Source: a virus (taxonomy: Duplodnaviria; Caudoviricetes). From it: a DNA stretch of 26,912 bases. Under the pieces are notes generated by a model, which made no database searches, was not told the origin of the DNA, and was given only the letters and a program-made list of their open reading frames with translations. Below are positions 1 to 10,273 of this stretch, piece by piece. Location: positions 1 to 26,912 of the IMG/VR virus record IMGVR_UViG_3300020151_000838. One strand, written 5' to 3'. Every line of letters begins with the position of its first letter. The stretch's first letter is position 1. Both the position numbers and the translations under genes were made by a program.

Positions 1-2
1 TG

Positions 3-1154
3 CAAAGCCAGCAGGACTATTTTACAACTACGCAAGGTGGGCAGTATAAAGGCTCGGGTATTGGCGGTACAATCACTGGGTTCGGTTGCGGCACGTTAGT
101 AATTGATGATCCTATTTCACCGAAGGAAGCCGGTTCAGACACCATAAGATTAACTGCAATAAGTGAGATAAGGTCGACGCTATTCTCGAGGTTTAATAAG
201 TTTGCGGACGGTAAGCTTATTATGATAATGCAAAGACTCCATGAGCAAGACCCAACAGGTGACTTGCTTGCAGATGGTGGATATTATCATTTAAAGTTGC
301 CAGCGGAAAACAAAGGTAAGACTATCAATTATAGTCGAGGTTCTAAGACATGGACAATGGAGGCTGGGGACTTACTGACACCACGCCTTAAACGTGCGGA
401 TTTAAACGAGTTATGCTTAAACCTGACCGAATACAACTACGTCGGGCAGTATTTACAAGACCCTGTGCCACTTGGCGGTGGTGAGTTTAAAGAGGCTTGG
501 TTACAGGTGTATCATCAAGGTTCTATAAAGCCAAAAGAAATGAATGTTGTGATACTAATTGACCAAGCAGGTGGTGAGGAGCTTAACAAGAGAAAGAAGA
601 AATTGTCAGACTGGACAGTTTATGCGGTTGTTGGATTAGCAGCCGATAATAACTACTATTTGCTTGATATGATAAGGGATAGACTAAACCCTACTGAAAG
701 GGTTGATACTATGTTTATGTTACATAGAAAGTGGAACGCTCTTTGTGGCAAGCCTCCGAAGGTTGGGGTTGAGCAAATAGGTATGATGACGGACGCTCAT
801 TACATTCGGGAAAAACAAAGACAAGACGCTTATCATTTCAGCGTTACAGAATTGGGTGGTACACAAATAAAAGAGGAGCGTATCAGGTGGTTAATTCCAA
901 TTATGCAGCAACACAGGTTTTATATACCGCCAACGCTTGCTTATGTTGATAGCCAAGATAGAAAGTTTGATTTGATAGCTGAGATGAAAGGGGAGATGGC
1001 TTCATTTCCTAAAGCTCGTTGGGATGATATACTAGATACGCTTTCAAGATTGGGTAATGCTGATTTATCGTTGCAATTTCCGAAAGTTAAGGCTAATATG
1101 ACACAAAGAGCATTACAAAGACCTGAACAACCTGATAGCTGGGAAAATTGGTGA
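3..1154 (+). CDS. terL: Terminase large subunit, 5'-truncated by the window edge
   Basis: The frame is open from base 3, upstream of the listed ATG at 222. It reads GGTITGFGCGTLVIDDP (Walker B), IMQRLHEQD and GQYLQDP, with RNase H-like nuclease motifs LIDQAGG...SDWT and FPKARWDDILD. It lies directly before the portal. Confidence 0.95.
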   Translation, partial: QSQQDYFTTTQGGQYKGSGIGGTITGFGCGTLVIDDPISPKEAGSDTIRLTAISEIRSTLFSRFNKFADGKLIMIMQRLHEQDPTGDLLADGGYYHLKLPAENKGKTINYSRGSKTWTMEAGDLLTPRLKRADLNELCLNLTEYNYVGQYLQDPVPLGGGEFKEAWLQVYHQGSIKPKEMNVVILIDQAGGEELNKRKKKLSDWTVYAVVGLAADNNYYLLDMIRDRLNPTERVDTMFMLHRKWNALCGKPPKVGVEQIGMMTDAHYIREKQRQDAYHFSVTELGGTQIKEERIRWLIPIMQQHRFYIPPTLAYVDSQDRKFDLIAEMKGEMASFPKARWDDILDTLSRLGNADLSLQFPKVKANMTQRALQRPEQPDSWENW

Positions 1155-3322
1155 TGGAATCAGAAGAGAAAAAAATGACATCCGAAAAAATGACAGATGC
1201 GTTAGTTGTAAAAACTTTCCGTAAACATAGGCAGATAAGCAAGCGAGGGCTTTCAGGGCAGTATGATAATACGAGGGCTTGTTGGAGCTTTTATAATGCA
1301 GACCAGATGACATACACGGACACAATCCAATTTGCAGATACAGCAGGTAGAAGACGCAGGGCAATGGTGAACTTTAACGAAGTACAGCCAAACGTTGATG
1401 CGGTTGCTGGGTTTATGTGCCAGAATCGCAGACAAGCGACGGCAATAGCACGTTTAAATAAAAACGAAGGGCAACAGTTATATTCTAAAAATTGCAACGC
1501 CTTATTAGAATATCATCGTGGCAACATGAATGCAGACCAATTAGAAACAGACCAAGACTTGGATATGTTAGTTTGTGGTTATGGTGCGATTGACACAGAA
1601 ATAAGTTATGATATAGGCAACGCAACCACAATGCCTAATGGTGAGATTATTAAGAACAAGTTAGATAGTTCTTGTACATATTGGGATTCATTATCACAAG
1701 ACAAAAATATGGTTAAAGCTCGTTGGGCTGGGTACTGGCAGGACTTCGATTTAAAAGACGCATTAAAGTTATTCCAAAATTCTGATGTAGATGATTTTGA
1801 AGAGGTGGGAACTGAAGACCAGTCAAATACTGGTTATGTGTATAACCCATACGGTGGCATCTATGATAAAATAAAAATGGATAATACTGTTGAATGGGCT
1901 TCAGCAGAGGCTGAAATGGTGAGGGTATTTAATCACCAATGGTTTGAGTACGAGACTTTCTATAAAGCTGAAAATCCGCTATACACTGCAACAGACCCGA
2001 TGGACGCAATGTATATTAAGCTTAGGTTAGATTTTATCAAAAGTAAGATAAAACTTCCAGGTGATACTAAACAAGACGATATGTATGCGTTTGACCCAAC
2101 TGCTGAAACTTTCACCTTTGACGAAAACACTAAGAGACTGCTGGTAAAAGAATTTGGCAAGATGATAAACCCGATATCATTCACACGCAAAGTATTTTAC
2201 ACGGCTGTAATTAGCGGTGAGCATGTATTTACATGGTTTAAATCAGTATCACAATCAGGCTTTTCTATCAAATTTAAGACAGGCAACTGGAACGTAGCGA
2301 AACAACGCTGGGAAGGCATGGTAAATGTCTTAATGGAGCCACAGAAATACAAGAACAAAGCATTAACTGAAATGATGTTCATTATTGCGGCGAACTCCAA
2401 AGGTGGTGTGATGATTGAGGAGGATGTCACGGATGATGTGGCAGACTTCGAGAGTAAATGGGCTAAAACTGACGCTGTTATAGTAGTTAAGTCGGGCGGT
2501 GTATCAGGTGGAAAAGTACAACAGAAAGCGGTTGCAGCGTTGCCAACAGGGCTGGAGAGTATAATCAATTTTTCAGACCAAGCTCTTGCAAAGAACGGTG
2601 TAGACCCTTCATTTATGGGCGATATATCAAGAGAAGACCAATCAGGAGTGCTTTATAAGCGTAGAATACGTCAAGTTATATCAAGGTTTGCTCGGTATTT
2701 TGACAGTATCACATTGTACCAGAAAGAAGATTGTCGCATGATGTTGGATTTGCTCCCGATATGGGTAGAAAACAACAGGGGTGCAACTATCCGCATGGTT
2801 GGTGAGGATGGTTCGGACGAATATTTTGTGCTGATGGAAGATAAGCTTGCACCTGAATATGATGTGGATATTCAAGAAGCGTCATTATCAAGCGATGAGA
2901 AAGCAGAAACTGCGGTTATGTTATCGCAAGCAGGGTTTAATCTACTGACAGTTGGACAAGTGCCACAAGGTATGTCTTTCATTGCTGAATCATTACAGTT
3001 CTATAGATTGGATGGTGATGTAAGGGAGAGATTGACACAAGCATTGCAGCCGAAGGAAGACCCACAAGTGGTACAAATGCAACAAGAATTGCAGAAAGTG
3101 CAGCAATACATAGAGTCTGGTCAAGTTGACAAGATTAAGTCCGAAGCTCAAAGAAACTATGCACAAGCTGCGAAGACTTTGAAAGATGGTAATATCAGCG
3201 ATGCACAAGTTGGCAAGATTCGAGCTGAAACTGTTAATACATTAGAAACTGCTAAAAGGACATCAATTGAAAGCCAATTAGCAACCACCACAACAAAAGA
3301 AAATATTAACATAAGTATATAG
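1154..3322 (+). CDS. Portal protein (P22-like)
   Basis: About 720 aa following terL, with a TGATG stop/start overlap at 1152-1156. Motifs RRRAMVNFNEVQPNVDAVAG and GMVNVLMEPQKYKNKALT, plus a Gln-rich coiled C-terminus typical of P22-type portals. Confidence 0.9.
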   Translation: MESEEKKMTSEKMTDALVVKTFRKHRQISKRGLSGQYDNTRACWSFYNADQMTYTDTIQFADTAGRRRRAMVNFNEVQPNVDAVAGFMCQNRRQATAIARLNKNEGQQLYSKNCNALLEYHRGNMNADQLETDQDLDMLVCGYGAIDTEISYDIGNATTMPNGEIIKNKLDSSCTYWDSLSQDKNMVKARWAGYWQDFDLKDALKLFQNSDVDDFEEVGTEDQSNTGYVYNPYGGIYDKIKMDNTVEWASAEAEMVRVFNHQWFEYETFYKAENPLYTATDPMDAMYIKLRLDFIKSKIKLPGDTKQDDMYAFDPTAETFTFDENTKRLLVKEFGKMINPISFTRKVFYTAVISGEHVFTWFKSVSQSGFSIKFKTGNWNVAKQRWEGMVNVLMEPQKYKNKALTEMMFIIAANSKGGVMIEEDVTDDVADFESKWAKTDAVIVVKSGGVSGGKVQQKAVAALPTGLESIINFSDQALAKNGVDPSFMGDISREDQSGVLYKRRIRQVISRFARYFDSITLYQKEDCRMMLDLLPIWVENNRGATIRMVGEDGSDEYFVLMEDKLAPEYDVDIQEASLSSDEKAETAVMLSQAGFNLLTVGQVPQGMSFIAESLQFYRLDGDVRERLTQALQPKEDPQVVQMQQELQKVQQYIESGQVDKIKSEAQRNYAQAAKTLKDGNISDAQVGKIRAETVNTLETAKRTSIESQLATTTTKENINISI

Positions 3323-3329
3323 GTATTAC

Positions 3330-4169
3330 ATGCTACTAGAAGAACTTAAAAAACTAAAAGAAGAATTAGAGCAGGGGCAGACTAAAGAGGAAGCTCCAAA
3401 AGAAGAGGAAGCTCCAAAAGAAGAGGAAATTGTAGAAGATGTAGAAGATGTAGAACCTAAGGAGCCTGAAAAAGAGCCAGAAAAACCTAAAGAAGAAGAA
3501 AAGAAAGAAGAGTTGGATAATGCGGGGTACGCACGTTTAAGACGTGAGGCAGCAGCAGAGAGGAGAGCTAAGGAACAATTACAACAAGAGCTTGACGCTT
3601 TAAGGGCAGAGAAGAAAGAAGAGGTTGAAGAACCACAATATCAACCACTACCGCCAGAAGTTCAAAGAGCTGTAGAAGATAGTACATTAAACAGGGCGGA
3701 AAAAGAGTTCTCAATATTAGAACAAAAAGTAAAACAGGCACATCCTGAATATAGTGCGGTTGCAACTGAATACGCCCAAGCCTTGTATCAATCAATCCGC
3801 ATTCAAAACCCACGCAAGACTGATGTTGAGCTTCAAGATATGACAAAACGCACAATCTTGTTGAAGGCTGGTGAGTTTGCAAGACAGGGTTATGAAAATC
3901 CAGTAGAAGAAATGTACCATGAGGCAAGGGAGCTTGGATATACTGGCAAGTCTCTACAGAAAGCCCCCGAAAAAGAAGCGGAAGAGGAGAAAATCGCACC
4001 TGATTATAAAAAGGTTGCTGAAAACCGTAAGCGTTCCGCTGGTATGGCAGCAACAAATGGGCGTTCGCAAGCACAACTAACTCAACAATCAGCACTAGAG
4101 ACTATGACGGTTGAGGAGTATGCTAAGCTATCAGTGGCAGAAAAGAGAAGGTTGATGTATGGAGAATAA
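3330..4169 (+). CDS. Capsid scaffolding protein (putative)
   Basis: Very Glu/Lys-rich, predicted coiled coil, located between portal and capsid. Ends in a helix-turn-helix-like tail (MTVEEYAKLSVAEKRRL) typical of scaffolds. Confidence 0.75.
   Translation: MLLEELKKLKEELEQGQTKEEAPKEEEAPKEEEIVEDVEDVEPKEPEKEPEKPKEEEKKEELDNAGYARLRREAAAERRAKEQLQQELDALRAEKKEEVEEPQYQPLPPEVQRAVEDSTLNRAEKEFSILEQKVKQAHPEYSAVATEYAQALYQSIRIQNPRKTDVELQDMTKRTILLKAGEFARQGYENPVEEMYHEARELGYTGKSLQKAPEKEAEEEKIAPDYKKVAENRKRSAGMAATNGRSQAQLTQQSALETMTVEEYAKLSVAEKRRLMYGE
3385..3445 (+). repeat. In-frame tandem repeats in the scaffold gene
   Basis: AAGAGGAAGCTCCAAAAG x2.4 (3385-3428), followed by TGTAGAAGA repeats. They encode EEAPKE and VED units. 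Confidence 0.85.
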
Positions 4170-4443
4170 AGATCTAAAAAAAGATGAAGATATATCAGCT
4201 GTATCAGCGTTTTTTGAAAAATATGAAATTGACAAAAGGATAATAAAGCTACAACAGGCTGCCGTTGACTTAAAACTTGCCATCCCTAGAATTTATGTAA
4301 GTTTAGGAGGGGCGGAGTTTTCGGAATTGCAACAAGCTTGTTTGAAAGATGGGATTTCTACAAGCCTAAAAACCCCAACACCGCAAGATAGCTATATAGG
4401 TAATTGTTATGGGGTTGATTTGGTAAGAACTTGGGAGCGGTAA
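4159..4443 (+). CDS. Hypothetical protein (94 aa) between scaffold and capsid
   Basis: ORF overlapping the scaffold stop, with AAGG/AGGT upstream. No family recognised. Confidence 0.6.
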   Translation: MENKDLKKDEDISAVSAFFEKYEIDKRIIKLQQAAVDLKLAIPRIYVSLGGAEFSELQQACLKDGISTSLKTPTPQDSYIGNCYGVDLVRTWER

Positions 4444-4454
4444 TAATTTTACAC

Positions 4455-4483
4455 TTGCAAAGTTATAAAATAATGATTAGTAT
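4455..4483 (+). promoter_or_regulatory. Putative sigma70-type promoter for the capsid operon
   Basis: TTGCAA (4455-4460), 17 bp, TAGTAT (4478-4483), in an AT-rich intergenic context. Confidence 0.45.
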
Positions 4484-4489
4484 AACATA

Positions 4490-4666
4490 AAGGAGTCATC
4501 CACCTAACGGATAGTAGCGTGTTGTAGCTTCAAATCAACCGTCGCATATCGTTAATGCCTACTGCAAAACGTGGTCACGCACGACAAAACGTAGAGGATT
4601 CAGGCTCCTTATAACTCCCTGTTACACGCAGTTGTTTATCAGCAACAGTTTAACAATGGAGTTATT
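4490..4666 (+). promoter_or_regulatory. Structured 5' leader of the major capsid gene
   Basis: AAGGAGTC (4490-4497) pairs with GGCTCCTT (4603-4610). ATAACTCC (4611-4618) pairs with GGAGTTAT (4658-4665), which contains the Shine-Dalgarno sequence. Confidence 0.6.
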
Positions 4667-5791
4667 ATGTCAGAGACATCAATGACCTCTTCTGATGCGT
4701 TGACCCGTAAAATATGGGCTTTATCCGATTGGGTGAATCCAGGTCAGCAAACAGTATTTGGTCACTTATTTTCACGTGGAGCAGTATATTTCGCAGAGGA
4801 GTTTCTAGGTCAAAAAGCTAGAGGCGATTCCATCACTTATGATTATACAAATAAACTAACAGGCGTTCCTGTTGGCGAGGGTGGTACATTAGATGGCAAC
4901 GAGGAAGCTTTAAATCTCGGAATGTTTACTTTAGCCATAAACACAACTCGTATCGGTGTATTAAATCCTAACGATGACACTATCGAGCAACAACGTACTT
5001 TAGTGCCTTTCCCTGAAAGAACACGCAAGATTATTCCTAATCGTCACATGGAGCTTTTAGATACTGCGGTATTCCAACAACTAGGTGGTGCGTATCCTAC
5101 ATCATGGACGCAAAACCAAACAACTTGGAGCGGTAATAACCGTCTATTTGTTACTGGTCATAACGTGCCAGTTGCCCCGTCTACTGATAGGATTATTCGT
5201 GCAAGTGCTGCTGCCACAGACCAAGCATTGACTTCGGCTGATACTATGTCGCTTGACCTTATAGATGTGGCGTTAGAGCAAATCGCTATATCAAACCAAC
5301 CATTAGAAATGTTGGATGATAATACATACGATGGTTTCTTCTCGCCAGAGCAAATTACAGATATTAAACGTGATTCTGCTGGTCGTATTCAATGGTTTCC
5401 TATGGCTATGGCTATGGCTGCTGGTGGTGATTCATCACAGCTTAAAGGTTATATGTTTAATAGAATGCCATGTTTGGGACAATATGCCAACGTGAATATT
5501 TATCAAGCAGCAAGGGTCGCTTATGGCGTTTCAGGTGCGGATAGTTCGGTAATAACTACGGTTCGAAGAGCTGTTATCGTTGGTAAAGACGCATTGACGT
5601 TTGCGTCACCGTTTGGTGGTCGTCCTACAGATAAAGGCGTTCCGCTTAAATATTTCAGTCAGTTGAAAGATTATGAATACTACAAAGGCTTAGAAGGAAG
5701 AATGATTTATGGTTTGAAAAAAACTGTTGCGTCTAACTCTTCTGATATTGGCGTATTCGTTATTTCAACTTACGCAGCATCACACGCATAG
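4667..5791 (+). CDS. Major capsid protein (N4-gp56/DUF4043-like)
   Basis: 374 aa with GDSITYDYTNKLTGVPVGEGGTLDGNEEAL and C-terminal DYEY..G...IYGLKK motifs. Strong GGAG RBS and expected position. Confidence 0.9.
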   Translation: MSETSMTSSDALTRKIWALSDWVNPGQQTVFGHLFSRGAVYFAEEFLGQKARGDSITYDYTNKLTGVPVGEGGTLDGNEEALNLGMFTLAINTTRIGVLNPNDDTIEQQRTLVPFPERTRKIIPNRHMELLDTAVFQQLGGAYPTSWTQNQTTWSGNNRLFVTGHNVPVAPSTDRIIRASAAATDQALTSADTMSLDLIDVALEQIAISNQPLEMLDDNTYDGFFSPEQITDIKRDSAGRIQWFPMAMAMAAGGDSSQLKGYMFNRMPCLGQYANVNIYQAARVAYGVSGADSSVITTVRRAVIVGKDALTFASPFGGRPTDKGVPLKYFSQLKDYEYYKGLEGRMIYGLKKTVASNSSDIGVFVISTYAASHA

Positions 5792-5803
5792 GGAGATAAG
5801 CAA

Positions 5804-6298
5804 ATGACAACACCTTCAATATATCCTACTCAATATGACGCAACATCAAGGGACTTTCGTAAAGTTAAGAAAGACCGTTCTGGTGCTTTGCGTCTATATA
5901 CAGGAGCTGTAACGATTCCTTCAGGTACAGTCGCAACAACTATAGTGGGGCTTATTCCTTTTAATAAAGGTGCAAAGTTCGATATAGGTAGCACGGATAT
6001 TTACATTGCTGATATAGGAGCTGCCACAACAACAGTTTCTATTGGTTGGGTTTATGACGATAACGTTACTTATACTAACAACCAGATAGGTTTTGCGAGT
6101 GCGTCAACTGCGATTCAAGCAGGTGGCTTTATCTCTATGACTGCCAGTGCTTCAGGCTTAAGCTTTGTTGCAGATGGTAACGGTTGGTTGGTAGCTACAA
6201 TTAATACTGCTTCAACTGATACCTCTGGTGCGATTACGTTCTCGATAAGGGGAGTGTATGACGGTTTAGGTGTAAATAACTCAAACAACCAGAACTAA
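5804..6298 (+). CDS. Virion structural protein (capsid decoration-like)
   Basis: Thr/Ala/Gly-rich beta protein directly after the capsid gene, with a GGGAG RBS. Confidence 0.6.
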   Translation: MTTPSIYPTQYDATSRDFRKVKKDRSGALRLYTGAVTIPSGTVATTIVGLIPFNKGAKFDIGSTDIYIADIGAATTTVSIGWVYDDNVTYTNNQIGFASASTAIQAGGFISMTASASGLSFVADGNGWLVATINTASTDTSGAITFSIRGVYDGLGVNNSNNQN

Positions 6299-6299
6299 T

Positions 6300-6929
6300 A
6301 TGGCAACATTGGCGGAGATTAGAACATGGGTATCAAAAAGGTTGCAAGACCCTAATAATACCTCTATCTCCGCCAGTGATGTTGACGCTTTAACAAACCA
6401 AGCGATACGTTATTGGAATGACTCAAGATTTTTCTTTAACGAAGTAACGGATACTGCCACATTGACACAAGGCGATGCCACTATACCGATTCCAAGTCAT
6501 TGGTTGTGCCCGTCGATAGATAACTGTTTTGTAATTGAATATTCAGGAATTAGATACCCATTAAGAAAAGTATCAGAAATGGTATATAACTCTACTTTTT
6601 TAACCAATGGAGTAGGGCAACCTGAGATATTCACGAAGCAAGCTAACTCTGGTTATCAATGTTATCCGATACCAGACAGGGCGTACACAGTAAGAAGGTT
6701 TTATTTAAAGGAATATAACGCTTTATCTGGTGATAGTGACACAAACGAATTTACGACACATGCAGAAGATTTAATAAAATATACAGCAGTAGCTTATGGC
6801 TCAAGGGATTTTAGACAAGATATACAAATGTATCAAGCATTCATAGACCAAGCAAATACAGAAGAGCAAGCTTTGATAAATGAAACAAGAAAAAATAACG
6901 CAACAGGTTCATTAACTATTTACTCTTAA
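6300..6929 (+). CDS. Head-tail adaptor / tail tubular protein A-like
   Basis: MATLAEIRTWVSKRLQD start, GQPEIF and YPIPDRAYTV motifs, and a helical C-terminus, as in podophage adaptors. Confidence 0.7.
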   Translation: MATLAEIRTWVSKRLQDPNNTSISASDVDALTNQAIRYWNDSRFFFNEVTDTATLTQGDATIPIPSHWLCPSIDNCFVIEYSGIRYPLRKVSEMVYNSTFLTNGVGQPEIFTKQANSGYQCYPIPDRAYTVRRFYLKEYNALSGDSDTNEFTTHAEDLIKYTAVAYGSRDFRQDIQMYQAFIDQANTEEQALINETRKNNATGSLTIYS

Positions 6930-6951
6930 TTATAAAAAAGGAAGAAAACAA

Positions 6952-7686
6952 ATGCCAGACGTTCTTATACCAGGTGCCTTAGGCAGACTACCAGCACACG
7001 GCTCAAACGCCCCAACAACTGCAAGAATACCTATGTACTTGCCAAGCACAGGCAGAATTAGTTATGTAACACCAGACCAGATTGCATCAGGTGCAAGTGC
7101 AGTTGATGGACCAGCTTCTGCAACTGACAATGCTATAGCTAGGTTTGATGGTGCAACAGGTAAATTAATTCAAAATTCAGCCGTTACAGTGGCTGATACC
7201 ACTGGAGCTATTGCAATCACAGGCACAGGGGGTGTGACCGTAACTGGCACTACTAACCAGCTTGTTTTAGGCACTACCGCCACAACAACAATAAATGCAG
7301 TTGCACCAGCCGCTTCAAGAGTTCTTTCAATTAGAGATGCAGGGGCGAGTGGTTCGTTTGTAGTTGGTGGCGGAAACGCTGCGGTAACGTTAACTGGAAC
7401 TGGAGCCACGTCAACAGGCACAATGACAACTTTATCTGCTCGAGTAACTACCGCCGCATTAACAACGGCTGGACAGGCTACGCACGTCGCCACGATTACC
7501 TACACAGGTATTGCTGCAACTGATATAGTTTTGGCAACGCTTGCTGGTGGCACGAACACAACGGAAAGCCTAGTTTTAAGAGCGGTATGCACAGCAAATA
7601 CTATAACTGTTGGTATTACAAATGCTACCGCTGCAACTGCTGTCAACGGAACTATTATATTTAACCTACTTGTAGTTAAAGTGTAG
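6952..7686 (+). CDS. Fibre/spike-like virion protein
   Basis: GPASATDNAIARFDGATGKLIQNS motif common in phage fibre proteins. Ala/Thr/Gly-rich. Confidence 0.6.
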   Translation: MPDVLIPGALGRLPAHGSNAPTTARIPMYLPSTGRISYVTPDQIASGASAVDGPASATDNAIARFDGATGKLIQNSAVTVADTTGAIAITGTGGVTVTGTTNQLVLGTTATTTINAVAPAASRVLSIRDAGASGSFVVGGGNAAVTLTGTGATSTGTMTTLSARVTTAALTTAGQATHVATITYTGIAATDIVLATLAGGTNTTESLVLRAVCTANTITVGITNATAATAVNGTIIFNLLVVKV

Positions 7687-7696
7687 GGGGTGAATT

Positions 7697-8209
7697 ATGC
7701 CAACTTTTACCACGAATTACAATCTTGCAAAACCGCTTGTAAATAGTGCGGTAGACCAAGATTTATGGGGTACTGAACTTAATAGTGATTTGGATATTCT
7801 GGATACAACGTTAAAATCTCTGCAAGACCAAATTACCGCCTTATCAATTAGTACGCAACTTCCTATAGGCTCGCTGTACTGGAATAAAACCAACGCAACA
7901 AATCCTGCGACGTTATTAGGTTATGGAACTTGGGTTGCGGTTACTGATAAGTTTATAGTTGCTCGTGGTAGCACATATACAGGAACTGGCGGTGCTGCTA
8001 CAGTGACTTTATCTTCAGCTAATCTACCCTCAACAACTTTGACAGTTCGGACAGGGGGAACTGTTTCGGGGCCAGCGACAGGCATCGTGATGAACGCAAC
8101 GGCAGGCTCTGAAAACGGTACTGCTAACACCAGTTCTTTTGGCTCTGGCAGTGCATTTAGCATTATACCAACCTACCAAGCTGCATATTGTTGGGAAAGA
8201 ACAGCATAA
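7697..8209 (+). CDS. Tail needle/collar-like protein
   Basis: N-terminal TTNYNLAKP...WGTELN head-binding motif and short coiled coil, then a PIGSLYW...NPATLLGYGTW...WERTA collar-type domain. Confidence 0.65.
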   Translation: MPTFTTNYNLAKPLVNSAVDQDLWGTELNSDLDILDTTLKSLQDQITALSISTQLPIGSLYWNKTNATNPATLLGYGTWVAVTDKFIVARGSTYTGTGGAATVTLSSANLPSTTLTVRTGGTVSGPATGIVMNATAGSENGTANTSSFGSGSAFSIIPTYQAAYCWERTA

Positions 8210-8218
8210 AGGATTAAA

Positions 8219-10273
8219 ATGACTCTTGCTAGCGAACTTGTAGAATTGGAAATAATGCCGGGCATGATGCCGTCTACGGACGCAACGGCAAGCGATATTC
8301 CATGCTGGTCTATTGGTTCTCGTGTACGTTTTGACCCTACAACTGGCAGGCTTCGTAAATTAGCTGGCTGGTCAAGCATTCCATTTAGCTATGATGCCAC
8401 AATATCAGGCACTATGCGTTCTATATATTCAGCGACAATAAATCAGCGTGTTGCCACTATTATTGGCACAAATTCGGGTCTTTATTCCATAAATGGCTCA
8501 AGATTAAGTAATATAACACCTCTTAGCACATCATCAACAGGGGTTGCAAACTCACTGGCAACGCATTACGCAACGCTTGCGAATAACCCAATAACCACCG
8601 TAAATGATAGTACTTCGATATCAATTGCAGATACAGAGGCTAGTTTATTTAAAGTGGGTGATACTTATACATTATCAGGGGCAGCAACAGTAAATGGCGT
8701 ACCGAATACCGATATAAATAAAGCTCATATTATTCGCTCTTTGGGCGTAAATGTTGTTGGCTTAACGGTGGCAACGGCTGCGACAAGTTCAGGCAGTGGT
8801 GGCGGTGGTGCAGTGGTTAGAAGTAGTGGACTTATTACACTAACAAAAGTAGCACACGGTTTATTGACAGGAGAGCGTTTAAAGATAGCAAGTGCGGTGG
8901 CGTTTGGAGGCATTACAGCCCCTCAAATTAATATGGAATTTGAGATAAGGAACGTCCTAATAAATAGCTTTGATGTAATGACAAGCGGAACGGCTACGTC
9001 TTCCGTTAGTGCCGCTGGTGGAGCTGGCACGATATACTATCAGCAAATTGCAGCAGGGGCATTAAATCAAGGGGCAGGGCAGGGATATGGTGCAGGGTTT
9101 TATGGCGTTGGATTATATGGCACTGCATTAATTTCAAGCTCTGGAGAGACATACCCAAGAATATGGTTTAGTGATAGATACGGCGACAATATTATTACAA
9201 CGGCTGGCAATAGCACAGGTGTTTACACTTGGGATGGTATCGATGTCACGGCTCCTACTTTAATAACAAACGCCCCAACTGATATTAATTACGCTTTTGT
9301 TCAAAATAATATTCTGGTTACATTTGGACATGATGTAGAAAATAAAATTTTTTCTTCAGACCAAGGTAATTATACGCAATGGACAGCTTCCTCTAATAAT
9401 CAAGTTTTTGAGGATACTATAGAAGGAGCTGGACGGTTTATATCGCATGTGCCTGTAGATGGCTATAGCTTAATTTTTACAGAAACCCAAACATATATCT
9501 TTAAATACATTGGGCTTTTATCAGGCATATTTCAGATACTACAATTAGACTCAACTATAGGAATTTTAGCCCCAATGGCTAGAGTATCGGTTAACGGTTA
9601 CGGCTATTGGATGGGTGCGGATAATTTCTACATGTATAGAGGTGGTAAAGTTGAAGTAATACCGTCTAATTTTGGCAAACAAAGCTCTTGTTTGAGGTAT
9701 GTGTTTGATAATTTAAACTACTCTCAAAGATATAAAATATTCGCATGGTATAATGAGAATTATGATGAAATTTGGTGGCATTATCCGACAGCTAATTCAA
9801 ATGAATGTGACAGGGTTGTAAGATTTAACCGTAAGCTTACTTGCTGGGCTGTAGATGAAATGGATAGAACGGCAGCAGAGTATCCAATTCAAAATCTCTC
9901 AAATCCAAGATTAGGAAATGTTGGCACTTTTTATTTACATGAAACTGGAAATGATGACGATGGTGCAGCGATGGCATTTTCTGCAACAACAAAAAAATAT
10001 CTATCAGGCACAAGAACAAACATCATAAGTCAGATTATACCAGACTCGAAAATGACAGGCACAATAGCGTTAGGAATAAATACATATAATTACCCTCAAT
10101 CTGCAACGGCTATGAATAGCACTACTTACAATATAACTTCAACAACTGAAAAAGTGCCAACTCAAGTAAATGGTAGATACAGCAATTTTACAATTTCAGG
10201 TGAAGAACTTGGACAAAGTTTCTTGATGGGGCAATGGATGATAGAGCCACAAAAGGCAGCGAGGACACCATGA
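8219..10273 (+). CDS. Tail tubular protein B / P22 gp10-like nozzle protein
   Basis: 684-aa beta-propeller-like sequence (FSSDQGNYTQW, YWMGADNFYMYRGG, YDEIWWHYP) in the usual position. Confidence 0.75.
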   Translation: MTLASELVELEIMPGMMPSTDATASDIPCWSIGSRVRFDPTTGRLRKLAGWSSIPFSYDATISGTMRSIYSATINQRVATIIGTNSGLYSINGSRLSNITPLSTSSTGVANSLATHYATLANNPITTVNDSTSISIADTEASLFKVGDTYTLSGAATVNGVPNTDINKAHIIRSLGVNVVGLTVATAATSSGSGGGGAVVRSSGLITLTKVAHGLLTGERLKIASAVAFGGITAPQINMEFEIRNVLINSFDVMTSGTATSSVSAAGGAGTIYYQQIAAGALNQGAGQGYGAGFYGVGLYGTALISSSGETYPRIWFSDRYGDNIITTAGNSTGVYTWDGIDVTAPTLITNAPTDINYAFVQNNILVTFGHDVENKIFSSDQGNYTQWTASSNNQVFEDTIEGAGRFISHVPVDGYSLIFTETQTYIFKYIGLLSGIFQILQLDSTIGILAPMARVSVNGYGYWMGADNFYMYRGGKVEVIPSNFGKQSSCLRYVFDNLNYSQRYKIFAWYNENYDEIWWHYPTANSNECDRVVRFNRKLTCWAVDEMDRTAAEYPIQNLSNPRLGNVGTFYLHETGNDDDGAAMAFSATTKKYLSGTRTNIISQIIPDSKMTGTIALGINTYNYPQSATAMNSTTYNITSTTEKVPTQVNGRYSNFTISGEELGQSFLMGQWMIEPQKAARTP

